Below, piece after piece: positions 1 through 10,239 of a stretch of 64,000 bases of DNA; position 1 is the first letter of the stretch, and each line of letters begins with the position of its first letter. The translations under genes and the position numbers were made by a program. The DNA is taken from assembly GCF_000143415.4 (NCBI RefSeq), contig NW_003314392.1:34390-98389 (forward strand), given 5' to 3'. The notes beneath the pieces are model-generated. The model had not been told where the DNA came from. It saw nothing but the letters and a program-made list of their open reading frames with translations, and searched no databases. Source of the DNA: Selaginella moellendorffii. Taxonomy: Eukaryota > Plantae > Lycopodiophyta.

Positions 1-127
1 GTTATTACAATAACAATGCTCGACGTCAGTCCACGCGAAACGCACGCACGGTTCGCGAGAAAACGGCCCCAACGCCCGCATTCTCCATTATTCCGAGAGA
101 ATATCCCTCCACTACTTAAATTGTGCC

Positions 128-132
128 AAAAA
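128..132 (-). terminator. Pol III oligo-T terminator TTTTT (every unit)
   Basis: The only minus-strand T5 in the unit. It directly follows the 3' arm of the terminal stem. Confidence 0.6.
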
Positions 133-148
133 GAGGTGGCTCCGGGTG

Positions 149-159
149 GGTCTCGACCC
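149..159 (-). promoter_or_regulatory. Intragenic B-box-like element GGGTCGAGACC (every unit)
   Basis: One mismatch to GGTTCRANNCC (T>G at position 3). It lies 44 nt after the A-box. Confidence 0.6.
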
Positions 160-203
160 AGGGACCTATTTGAGTGGACTTGTTTTTAGATTGGGGGTCT
201 CTG

Positions 204-214
204 CCACTAGGCCT
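204..214 (-). promoter_or_regulatory. Intragenic A-box-like element AGGCCTAGTGG (every unit)
   Basis: Matches the TRGCNNARYGG consensus except at position 1 and lies ~+13 from the inferred start. Confidence 0.6.
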
Positions 215-246
215 CTACCACCTCTCCGTTACATATTTCGTGTCGG

Positions 247-257
247 TTAAATTTATT
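247..257 (-). promoter_or_regulatory. TATA-like element AATAAATTTAA at about -31..-21 (every unit)
   Basis: An 11-bp pure A/T run in a GC-rich unit, at the expected TBP/TFIIIB position upstream of the inferred start. Confidence 0.5.
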
Positions 258-479
258 GGGTTTGTGGGGGAGGGGGTTTAACTAGCAAAGGGCGATTATG
301 GGGAGCGCTTAGTGCGATTAAGTGGGGCTTAAGTTGGGGCAATCGCGGCCGTCGGTGCGGTGGGGTGGTTGACCGGCGGCGATGAGTTTGACCGGCGGTC
401 CCCGTGACACGTGGCTAGGGCTAGGGTCTGGATATGGGTTTTGCGCGAGTGGGCAAGATCCATGGCTCGGTTTGCGGTG

Positions 480-490
480 GGACTTGAACC
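480..490 (-). promoter_or_regulatory. Perfect B-box GGTTCAAGTCC in subrepeat copy A
   Basis: Forward GGACTTGAACC is an exact match to GGTTCRANNCC on the minus strand. Function is inferred. Confidence 0.45.
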
Positions 491-629
491 GTTGGAAAGC
501 TTGCGTGAGTCCACCCGTTTCCACAGAAACGGATCTGGATTTCGTCGCTCCACCGGCCCGCACCATTGCGATGGGTTTGACGCTGGGTTTTCGAGCGAGT
601 GGGCAACATCCATGGCTCGGTTTGCGGTG

Positions 630-640
630 GGACTTGAACC
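630..640 (-). promoter_or_regulatory. Perfect B-box GGTTCAAGTCC in subrepeat copy B
   Basis: Same motif 150 bp away. Function is inferred. Confidence 0.45.
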
Positions 641-1379
641 GTTGGAAAGCTTGCGTGAGTCCACCCGTTTCCACAGAAACGGATCCCGATTTCGTTGCTC
701 CACCGTCCCACACCATTGCAATGGGTTTTGTGCTGTTCCCGTTGCCATATCTCGTGGACCGTGGGCCCCCTTTCGCCCTTGGGCACATGGGAGCAACTGG
801 GGCGGTGCGCGCAACTGGCCCATGTGGCCAAGTACATTTTTCCATGTCCTGGGCGCCTGCTTTTGTGGTTTTTCCCACGGAAGAAGATGCGTCCCACGTG
901 GCGATCCGTGTGCCCGCCCGCACTCCGGCACCAACGGGGCCGGCCGGCGTGACGCCCCGGTCGCGGCCGTGCCAACGGATCGCGGGCCCACATGCGTGGG
1001 CTGCCGCCGGGAGTGCATCTCACTCTCGAGGAAAACACCGCAAACTGGCGCTCGGGCCTGCACTGGAACGCGACCCCAGGAGCGCCGTGGCGAAGCCCGC
1101 GTCGAGGGCATCGATCCGAATTGGCTGGGCCCCCCATGCCATGCTGGCACCGTGCGTGCCTTGTCGAAAACGGCACACCCTTGCGACCGCTGGGCGAAAG
1201 GGGCAAACCCCGAGAGGTCCTTGCACCTCCTGTCACTGGGGAGGGTGCCCCCCACGAACACGAACCCAACGGCGCCAGTCCCACGCGAAACGCACGCACG
1301 GTTCGCGAGAAAACGGCCCCCAACGCCCGCATTCTCCATTATTCCGAGAGAATATTCCCTCCACTACTTAAATTGTGCC

Positions 1380-1478
1380 AAAAAGAGGTGGCTCCGGGTG
1401 GGTCTCGACCCAGGGACCTATTTGAGTGGACTTGTTTTTAGATTGGGGGTCTCTGCCACTAGGCCTCTACCACCTCTC
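1380..1478 (-). ncRNA. Putative Pol III small RNA gene, copy 2
   Basis: Same cassette as copy 1. Confidence 0.65.
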
Positions 1479-2628
1479 CGTTACATATTTCGTGTCGGTT
1501 AAATTTATTGGGTTTGTGGGGGAGGGGGTTTAACTAGCAAAGGGCGATTATGGGGAGCGCTTAGTGCGATTAAGTGGGGCTTAAGTTGGGGCAATCGCGG
1601 CCGTCGGTGCGGTGGGGTGGTTGACCGGCGGCGATGAGTTTGACCGGCGGTCCCCGTGACACGTGGCTAGGGCTAGGGTCTGGATATGGGTTTTGCGCGA
1701 GTGGGCAAGATCCATGGCTCGGTTTGCGGTGGGACTTGAACCGTTGGAAAGCTTGCGTGAGTCCACCCGTTTCCACAGAAACGGATCTGGATTTCGTCGC
1801 TCCACCGGCCCGCACCATTGCGATGGGTTTGACGCTGGGTTTTCGAGCGAGTGGGCAACATCCATGGCTCGGTTTGCGGTGGGACTTGAACCGTTGGAAA
1901 GCTTGCGTGAGTCCACCCGTTTCCACAGAAACGGATCCCGATTTCGTTGCTCCACCGTCCCACACCATTGCAATGGGTTTTGTGCTGTTCCCGTTGCCAT
2001 ATCTCGTGGACCGTGGGCCCCCTTTCGCCCTTGGGCACATGGGAGCAACTGGGGCGGTGCGCGCAACTGGCCCATGTGGCCAAGTACATTTTTCCATGTC
2101 CTGGGCGCCTGCTTTTGTGGTTTTTCCCACGGAAGAAGATGCGTCCCACGTGGCGATCCGTGTGCCCGCCCGCACTCCGGCACCAACGGGGCCGGCCGGC
2201 GTGACGCCCCGGTCGCGGCCGTGCCAACGGATCGCGGGCCCCATGCGTGGGCTGCCGCCGGGAGTGCATCTCACTCTCGAGGAAAACACCGCACTGGCGC
2301 TCGGGCCTGCACTGGAACGCGACCCCAGGAGCGCCGTGGCGAAGCCCGCGTCGAGGGCATCGATCCGAATTGGCTGGGCCCCCCATGCCATGCTGGCACC
2401 GTGCGTGCCTTGTCGAAAACGGCACACCCTTGCGACCGCTGGGCGAAAGGGGCAAACCCCGAGAGGTCCTTGCACCTCCTGTCACTGGGGAGGGTGCCCC
2501 CCACGAACACGAACCCAACGGCGCCAGTCCCACGCGAAACGCACGCACGGTTCGCGAGAAAACGGCCCCCAACGCCCGCATTCTCCATTATTCCGAGAGA
2601 ATATTCCCTCCACTACTTAAATTGTGCC

Positions 2629-2727
2629 AAAAAGAGGTGGCTCCGGGTGGGTCTCGACCCAGGGACCTATTTGAGTGGACTTGTTTTTAGATTGGGGGTC
2701 TCTGCCACTAGGCCTCTACCACCTCTC
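2629..2727 (-). ncRNA. Putative Pol III small RNA gene, copy 3
   Basis: Same cassette as copy 1. Confidence 0.65.
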
Positions 2728-3876
2728 CGTTACATATTTCGTGTCGGTTAAATTTATTGGGTTTGTGGGGGAGGGGGTTTAACTAGCAAAGGGCGATTAT
2801 GGGGAGCGCTTAGTGCGATTAAGTGGGGCTTAAGTTGGGGCAATCGCGGCCGTCGGTGCGGTGGGGTGGTTGACCGGCGGCGATGAGTTTGACCGGCGGT
2901 CCCCGTGACACGTGGCTAGGGCTAGGGTCTGGATATGGGTTTTGCGCGAGTGGGCAAGATCCATGGCTCGGTTTGCGGTGGGACTTGAACCGTTGGAAAG
3001 CTTGCGTGAGTCCACCCGTTTCCACAGAAACGGATCTGGATTTCGTCGCTCCACCGGCCCGCACCATTGCGATGGGTTTGACGCTGGGTTTTCGAGCGAG
3101 TGGGCAACATCCATGGCTCGGTTTGCGGTGGGACTTGAACCGTTGGAAAGCTTGCGTGAGTCCACCCGTTCCACAGAAACGGATCCCGATTTCGTTGCTC
3201 CACCGTCCCACACCATTGCAATGGGTTTTGTGCTGTTCCCGTTGCCATATCTCGTGGACCGTGGGCCCCCTTTCGCCCTTGGGCACATGGGAGCAACTGG
3301 GGCGGTGCGCGCAACTGGCCCATGTGGCCAAGTACATTTTTCCATGTCCTGGGCGCCTGCTTTTGTGGTTTTTCCCACGGAAGAAGATGCGTCCCACGTG
3401 GCGATCCGTGTGCCCGCCCGCACTCCGGCACCAACGGGGCCGGCCGGCGTGACGCCCCGGTCGCGGCCGTGCCAACGGATCGCGGGCCCCATGCGTGGGC
3501 TGCCGCCGGGAGTGCATCTCACTCTCGAGGAAAACACCGCACTGGCGCTCGGGCCTGCACTGGAACGCGACCCCAGGAGCGCCGTGGCGAAGCCCGCGTC
3601 GAGGGCATCGATCCGAATTGGCTGGGCCCCCCATGCCATGCTGGCACCGTGCGTGCCTTGTCGAAAACGGCACACCCTTGCGACCGCTGGGCGAAAGGGG
3701 CAAACCCCGAGAGGTCCTTGCACCTCCTGTCACTGGGGAGGGTGCCCCCCACGAACACGAACCCAACGGCGCCAGTCCCACGCGAAACGCACGCACGGTT
3801 CGCGAGAAAACGGCCCCCAACGCCCGCATTCTCCATTATTCCGAGAGAATATTCCCTCCACTACTTAAATTGTGCC

Positions 3877-3975
3877 AAAAAGAGGTGGCTCCGGGTGGGT
3901 CTCGACCCAGGGACCTATTTGAGTGGACTTGTTTTTAGATTGGGGGTCTCTGCCACTAGGCCTCTACCACCTCTC
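3877..3975 (-). ncRNA. Putative Pol III small RNA gene, copy 4
   Basis: Same cassette as copy 1. Confidence 0.65.
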
Positions 3976-5125
3976 CGTTACATATTTCGTGTCGGTTAAA
4001 TTTATTGGGTTTGTGGGGGAGGGGGTTTAACTAGCAAAGGGCGATTATGGGGAGCGCTTAGTGCGATTAAGTGGGGCTTAAGTTGGGGCAATCGCGGCCG
4101 TCGGTGCGGTGGGGTGGTTGACCGGCGGCGATGAGTTTGACCGGCGGTCCCCGTGACACGTGGCTAGGGCTAGGGTCTGGATATGGGTTTTGCGCGAGTG
4201 GGCAAGATCCATGGCTCGGTTTGCGGTGGGACTTGAACCGTTGGAAAGCTTGCGTGAGTCCACCCGTTTCCACAGAAACGGATCTGGATTTCGTCGCTCC
4301 ACCGGCCCGCACCATTGCGATGGGTTTGACGCTGGGTTTTCGAGCGAGTGGGCAACATCCATGGCTCGGTTTGCGGTGGGACTTGAACCGTTGGAAAGCT
4401 TGCGTGAGTCCACCCGTTTCCACAGAAACGGATCCCGATTTCGTTGCTCCACCGTCCCACACCATTGCAATGGGTTTTGTGCTGTTCCCGTTGCCATATC
4501 TCGTGGACCGTGGGCCCCCTTTCGCCCTTGGGCACATGGGAGCAACTGGGGCGGTGCGCGCAACTGGCCCATGTGGCCAAGTACATTTTTCCATGTCCTG
4601 GGCGCCTGCTTTTGTGGTTTTTCCCACGGAAGAAGATGCGTCCCACGTGGCGATCCGTGTGCCCGCCCGCACTCCGGCACCAACGGGGCCGGCCGGCGTG
4701 ACGCCCCGGTCGCGGCCGTGCCAACGGATCGCGGGCCCCATGCGTGGGCTGCCGCCGGGAGTGCATCTCACTCTCGAGGAAAACACCGCACTGGCGCTCG
4801 GGCCTGCACTGGAACGCGACCCCAGGAGCGCCGTGGCGAAGCCCGCGTCGAGGGCATCGATCCGAATTGGCTGGGCCCCCCATGCCATGCTGGCACCGTG
4901 CGTGCCTTGTCGAAAACGGCACACCCTTGCGACCGCTGGGCGAAAGGGGCAAACCCCGAGAGGTCCTTGCACCTCCTGTCACTGGGGAGGGTGCCCCCCA
5001 CGAACACGAACCCAACGGCGCCAGTCCCACGCGAAACGCACGCACGTTTCGCGAGAAAACGGCCCCCAACGCCCGCATTCTCCATTATTCCGAGAGAATA
5101 TTCCCTCCACTACTTAAATTGTGCC

Positions 5126-5224
5126 AAAAAGAGGTGGCTCCGGGTGGGTCTCGACCCAGGGACCTATTTGAGTGGACTTGTTTTTAGATTGGGGGTCTCT
5201 GCCACTAGGCCTCTACCACCTCTC
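5126..5224 (-). ncRNA. Putative Pol III small RNA gene, copy 5
   Basis: Same cassette as copy 1. Confidence 0.65.
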
Positions 5225-6376
5225 CGTTACATATTTCGTGTCGGTTAAATTTATTGGGTTTGTGGGGGAGGGGGTTTAACTAGCAAAGGGCGATTATGGG
5301 GAGCGCTTAGTGCGATTAAGTGGGGCTTAAGTTGGGGCAATCGCGGCCGTCGGTGCGGTGGGGTGGTTGACCGGCGGCGATGAGTTTGACCGGCGGTCCC
5401 CGTGACACGTGGCTAGGGCTAGGGTCTGGATATGGGTTTTGCGCGAGTGGGCAAGATCCATGGCTCGGTTTGCGGTGGGACTTGAACCGTTGGAAAGCTT
5501 GCGTGAGTCCACCCGTTTCCACAGAAACGGATCTGGATTTCGTCGCTCCACCGGCCCGCACCATTGCGATGGGTTTGACGCTGGGTTTTCGAGCGAGTGG
5601 GCAACATCCATGGCTCGGTTTGCGGTGGGACTTGAACCGTTGGAAAGCTTGCGTGAGTCCACCCGTTTCCACAGAAACGGATCCCGATTTCGTTGCTCCA
5701 CCGTCCCACACCATTGCAATGGGTTTTGTGCTGTTCCCGTTGCCATATCTCGGTGGACCGTGGGGCCCCCTTTCGCCCTTGGGCACATGGGAGCAACTGG
5801 GGCGGTGCGCGCAACTGGCCCATGTGGCCAAGTACATTTTTCCATGTCCTGGGCGCCTGCTTTTGTGGTTTTTCCCACGGAAGAAGATGCGTCCCACGTG
5901 GCGATCCGTGTGCCCGCCCGCACTCCGGCACCAACGGGGCCGGCCGGCGTGACGCCCCGGTCGCGGCCGTGCCAACGGATCGCGGGCCCCATGCGTGGGC
6001 TGCCGCCGGGAGTGCATCTCACTCTCGAGGAAAACACCGCACTGGCGCTCGGGCCTGCACTGGAACGCGACCCCAGGAGCGCCGTGGCGAAGCCCGCGTC
6101 GAGGGCATCGATCCGAATTGGCTGGGCCCCCCATGCCATGCTGGCACCGTGCGTGCCTTGTCGAAAACGGCACACCCTTGCGACCGCTGGGCGAAAGGGG
6201 CAAACCCCGAGAGGTCCTTGCACCTCCTGTCACTGGGGAGGGTGCCCCCCACGAACACGAACCCAACGGCGCCAGTCCCACGCGAAACGCACGCACGGTT
6301 CGCGAGAAAACGGCCCCCAACGCCCGCATTCTCCATTATTCCGAGAGAATATTCCCTCCACTACTTAAATTGTGCC

Positions 6377-6475
6377 AAAAAGAGGTGGCTCCGGGTGGGT
6401 CTCGACCCAGGGACCTATTTGAGTGGACTTGTTTTTAGATTGGGGGTCTCTGCCACTAGGCCTCTACCACCTCTC
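6377..6475 (-). ncRNA. Putative Pol III small RNA gene, copy 6
   Basis: Same cassette as copy 1. Confidence 0.65.
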
Positions 6476-7642
6476 CGTTACATATTTCGTGTCGGTTAAA
6501 TTTATTGGGTTTGTGGGGGAGGGGGTTTAACTAGCAAAGGGCGATTATGGGGAGCGCTTAGTGCGATTAAGTGGGGCTTAAGGATTAGTGGGGCTTAAGT
6601 TGGGGCAATGGCGGCCGTCGGTGCGGTGGGGTGGTGGACCGGCGGCGATGAGTTTGACCGCCGGTCCCCGTGACACGTGGCTAGGGCTAGGGTCTGGATA
6701 TGGGTTTTGCGCGAGTGGGCAAGATCCATGGCTCGGTTTGCGGTGGGACTTGAACCGTTGGAAAGCTTGCGTGAGTCCACCCGTTTCCACAGAAACGGAT
6801 CTGGATTTCGTCGCTCCACCGGCCCGCACCATTGCGATGGGTTTGACGCTGGGTTTTCGAGCGAGTGGGCAACATCCATGGCTCGGTTTGCGGTGGGACT
6901 TGAACCGTTGGAAAGCTTGCGTGAGTCCACCCGTTTCCACAGAAACGGATCCCGATTTCGTTGCTCCACCGTCCCACACCATTGCAATGGGTTTTGTGCT
7001 GTTCCCGTTGCCATATCTCGTGGACCGTGGGCCCCCTTTCGCCCTTGGGCACATGGGAGCAACTGGGGCGGTGCGCGCAACTGGCCCATGTGGCCAAGTA
7101 CATTTTTCCATGTCCTGGGCGCCTGCTTTTGTGGTTTTTCCCACGGAAGAAGATGCGTCCCACGTGGCGATCCGTGTGCCCGCCCGCACTCCGGCACCAA
7201 CGGGGCCGGCCGGCGTGACGCCCCGGTCGCGGCCGTGCCAACGGATCGCGGGCCCCATGCGTGGGCTGCCGCCGGGAGTGCATCTCACTCTCGAGGAAAA
7301 CACCGCACTGGCGCTCGGGCCTGCACTGGAACGCGACCCCAGGAGCGCCGTGGCGAAGCCCGCGTCGAGGGCATCGATCCGAATTGGCTGGGCCCCCCAT
7401 GCCATGCTGGCACCGTGCGTGCCTTGTCGAAAACGGCACACCCTTGCGACCGCTGGGCGAAAGGGGCAAACCCCGAGAGGTCCTTGCACCTCCTGTCACT
7501 GGGGAGGGTGCCCCCCAGGAACACGAACCCAACGGCGCCAGTCCCACGCGAAACGCACGCACGGTTCGCGAGAAAACGGGCCCCAACGCCCGCATTCTCC
7601 ATTATTCCGAGAGAATATTCCCTCCACTACTTAAATTGTGCC

Positions 7643-7741
7643 AAAAAGAGGTGGCTCCGGGTGGGTCTCGACCCAGGGACCTATTTGAGTGGACTTGTTT
7701 TTAGATTGGGGGTCTCTGCCACTAGGCCTCTACCACCTCTC
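7643..7741 (-). ncRNA. Putative Pol III small RNA gene, copy 7
   Basis: Same cassette as copy 1. Confidence 0.65.
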
Positions 7742-8891
7742 CGTTACATATTTCGTGTCGGTTAAATTTATTGGGTTTGTGGGGGAGGGGGTTTAACTAG
7801 CAAAGGGCGATTATGGGGAGCGCTTAGTGCGATTAAGTGGGGCTTAAGTTGGGGCAATCGCGGCCGTCGGTGCGGTGGGGTGGTTGACCGGCGGCGATGA
7901 GTTTGACCGGCGGTCCCCGTGACACGTGGCTAGGGCTAGGGTCTGGATATGGGTTTTGCGCGAGTGGGCAAGATCCATGGCTCGGTTTGCGGTGGGACTT
8001 GAACCGTTGGAAAGCTTGCGTGAGTCCACCCGTTTCCACAGAAACGGATCTAGATTTCGTCGCTCCACCGGCCCGCACCATTGCGATGGGTTTGACGCTG
8101 GGTTTTCGAGCGAGTGGGCAACATCCATGGCTCGGTTTGCGGTGGGACTTGAACCGTTGGAAAGCTTGCGTGAGTCCACCCGTTTCCACAGAAACGGATC
8201 CCGATTTCGTTGCTCCACCGTCCCACACCATTGCAATGGGTTTTGTGCTGTTCCCGTTGCCATATCTCGTGGACCGTGGGCCCCCTTTCGCCCTTGGGCA
8301 CATGGGAGCAACTGGGGCGGTGCGCGCAACTGGCCCATGTGGCCAAGTACATTTTTCCATGTCCTGGGCGCCTGCTTTTGTGGTTTTTCCCACGGAAGAA
8401 GATGCGTCCCACGTGGCGATCCGTGTGCCCGCCCGCACTCCGGCACCAACGGGGCCGGCCGGCGTGACGCCCCGGTCGCGGCCGTGCCAACGGATCGCGG
8501 GCCCCATGCGTGGGCTGCCGCCGGGAGTGCATCTCACTCTCGAGGAAAACACCGCACTGGCGCTCGGGCCTGCACTGGAACGCGACCCCAGGAGCGCCGT
8601 GGCGAAGCCCGCGTCGAGGGCATCGATCCGAATTGGCTGGGCCCCCCATGCCATGCTGGCACCGTGCGTGCCTTGTCGAAAACGGCACACCCTTGCGACC
8701 GCTGGGCGAAAGGGGCAAACCCCGAGAGGTCCTTGCACCTCCTGTCACTGGGGAGGGTGCCCCCCACGAACACGAACCCAACGGCGCCAGTCCCACGCGA
8801 AACGCACGCACGGTTCGCGAGAAAACGGCCCCCAACGCCCGCATTCTCCATTATTCCGAGAGAATATTCCCTCCACTACTTAAATTGTGCC

Positions 8892-8990
8892 AAAAAGAGG
8901 TGGCTCCGGGTGGGTCTCGACCCAGGGACCTATTTGAGTGGACTTGTTTTTAGATTGGGGGTCTCTGCCACTAGGCCTCTACCACCTCTC
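8892..8990 (-). ncRNA. Putative Pol III small RNA gene, copy 8
   Basis: Same cassette as copy 1. Confidence 0.65.
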
Positions 8991-10140
8991 CGTTACATAT
9001 TTCGTGTCGGTTAAATTTATTGGGTTTGTGGGGGAGGGGGTTTAACTAGCAAAGGGCGATTATGGGGAGCGCTTAGTGCGATTAAGTGGGGCTTAAGTTG
9101 GGGCAATCGCGGCCGTCGGTGCGGTGGGGTGGTTGACCGGCGGCGATGAGTTTGACCGGCGGTCCCCGTGACACGTGGCTAGGGCTAGGGTCTGGATATG
9201 GGTTTTGCGCGAGTGGGCAAGATCCATGGCTCGGTTTGCGGTGGGACTTGAACCGTTGGAAAGCTTGCGTGAGTCCACCCGTTTCCACAGAAACGGATCT
9301 GGATTTCGTCGCTCCACCGGCCCGCACCATTGCGATGGGTTTGACGCTGGGTTTTCGAGCGAGTGGGCAACATCCATGGCTCGGTTTGCGGTGGGACTTG
9401 AACCGTTGGAAAGCTTGCGTGAGTCCACCCGTTTCCACAGAAACGGATCCCGATTTCGTTGCTCCACCGTCCCACACCATTGCAATGGGTTTTGTGCTGT
9501 TCCCGTTGCCATATCTCGTGGACCGTGGGCCCCCTTTCGCCCTTGGGCACATGGGAGCAACTGGGGCGGTGCGCGCAACTGGCCCATGTGGCCAAGTACA
9601 TTTTTCCATGTCCTGGGCGCCTGCTTTTGTGGTTTTTCCCACGGAAGAAGATGCGTCCCACGTGGCGATCCGTGTGCCCGCCCGCACTCCGGCACCAACG
9701 GGGCCGGCCGGCGTGACGCCCCGGTCGCGGCCGTGCCAACGGATCGCGGGCCCCATGCGTGGGCTGCCGCCGGGAGTGCATCTCACTCTCGAGGAAAACA
9801 CCGCACTGGCGCTCGGGCCTGCACTGGAACGCGACCCCAGGAGCGCCGTGGCGAAGCCCGCGTCGAGGGCATCGATCCGAATTGGCTGGGCCCCCCATGC
9901 CATGCTGGCACCGTGCGTGCCTTGTCGAAAACGGCACACCCTTGCGACCGCTGGGCGAAAGGGGCAAACCCCGAGAGGTCCTTGCACCTCCTGTCACTGG
10001 GGAGGGTGCCCCCCACGAACACGAACCCAACGGCGCCAGTCCCACGCGAAACGCACGCACGGTTCGCGAGAAAACGGCCCCCAACGCCCGCATTCTCCAT
10101 TATTCCGAGAGAATATTCCCTCCACTACTTAAATTGTGCC

Positions 10141-10239
10141 AAAAAGAGGTGGCTCCGGGTGGGTCTCGACCCAGGGACCTATTTGAGTGGACTTGTTTTT
10201 AGATTGGGGGTCTCTGCCACTAGGCCTCTACCACCTCTC
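10141..10239 (-). ncRNA. Putative Pol III small RNA gene, copy 9
   Basis: Same cassette as copy 1. Confidence 0.65.

Larger units (their letters stand above)
128..226 (-). ncRNA. Putative Pol III small RNA gene, ~99 nt, vault-RNA-like or tRNA-derived (copy 1 of 51)
   Basis: The minus strand reads GAGAGGTGGTAGAGGCCTAGTGGCAGAGACCCCCAATCTAAAAACAAGTCCACTCAAATAGGTCCCTGGGTCGAGACCCACCCGGAGCCACCTCTTTTT. A-box-like 214-204, B-box-like 159-149, terminal stem AGAGGTGG(225-218)/CCACCTCT(139-132), T5 at 132-128, TATA-like at 257-247. The start site is inferred (+/-2 nt). Confidence 0.65.
436..728. repeat. 150-bp internal subrepeat, 2 copies in the standard unit (A ~436-585, B ~585-728)
   Basis: GGGCAA(G/C)ATCCATGGCTCGG begins at 451 and 601. 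Copies A and B differ at a few diagnostic sites (aagatcc/aacatcc, atctgg/atcccg, ggcccg/gtccca, tgcga/tgcaa). Confidence 0.97.

Noticed and set aside
128-226. Canonical tRNA, including a possible CUA amber-suppressor anticodon in AATCTAAA
   Set aside because: There is no anticodon stem or proper 5-bp T-stem, the T-loop lacks TTC, and the spacing from acceptor to D arm and from T arm to acceptor does not fit a cloverleaf.
128-226. Retrotransposed SINE copy
   Set aside because: There is no A-rich or simple-repeat tail, body or target-site duplication, and it is amplified in tandem with its upstream TATA-like element. A tRNA or SINE ancestry is still possible.
249-292. Spliced-leader RNA gene (GGTTTAACTAGCAAAG resembles nematode SL1; AATTTATTGG resembles an Sm site)
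   Set aside because: The match ends after GGTTTAA, there is no AG/GT donor at ~22 nt, and the Sm-like motif lies upstream rather than downstream.
415-426. Telomeric repeat (CTAGGG)2, or a telomerase-template reading of the RNA loop
   Set aside because: There are only two variant copies, and the RNA loop has no 1.5-repeat template.
436-728. CRISPR array
   Set aside because: There are no unique spacers, the repeats are 150 and 1249 bp long, and there are no cas genes.
27-1275. 5S rDNA, U snRNA or histone-type array
   Set aside because: I found no 5S conserved motifs, no U1/U2/U4/U5/U6 signature and no histone ORF on either strand.
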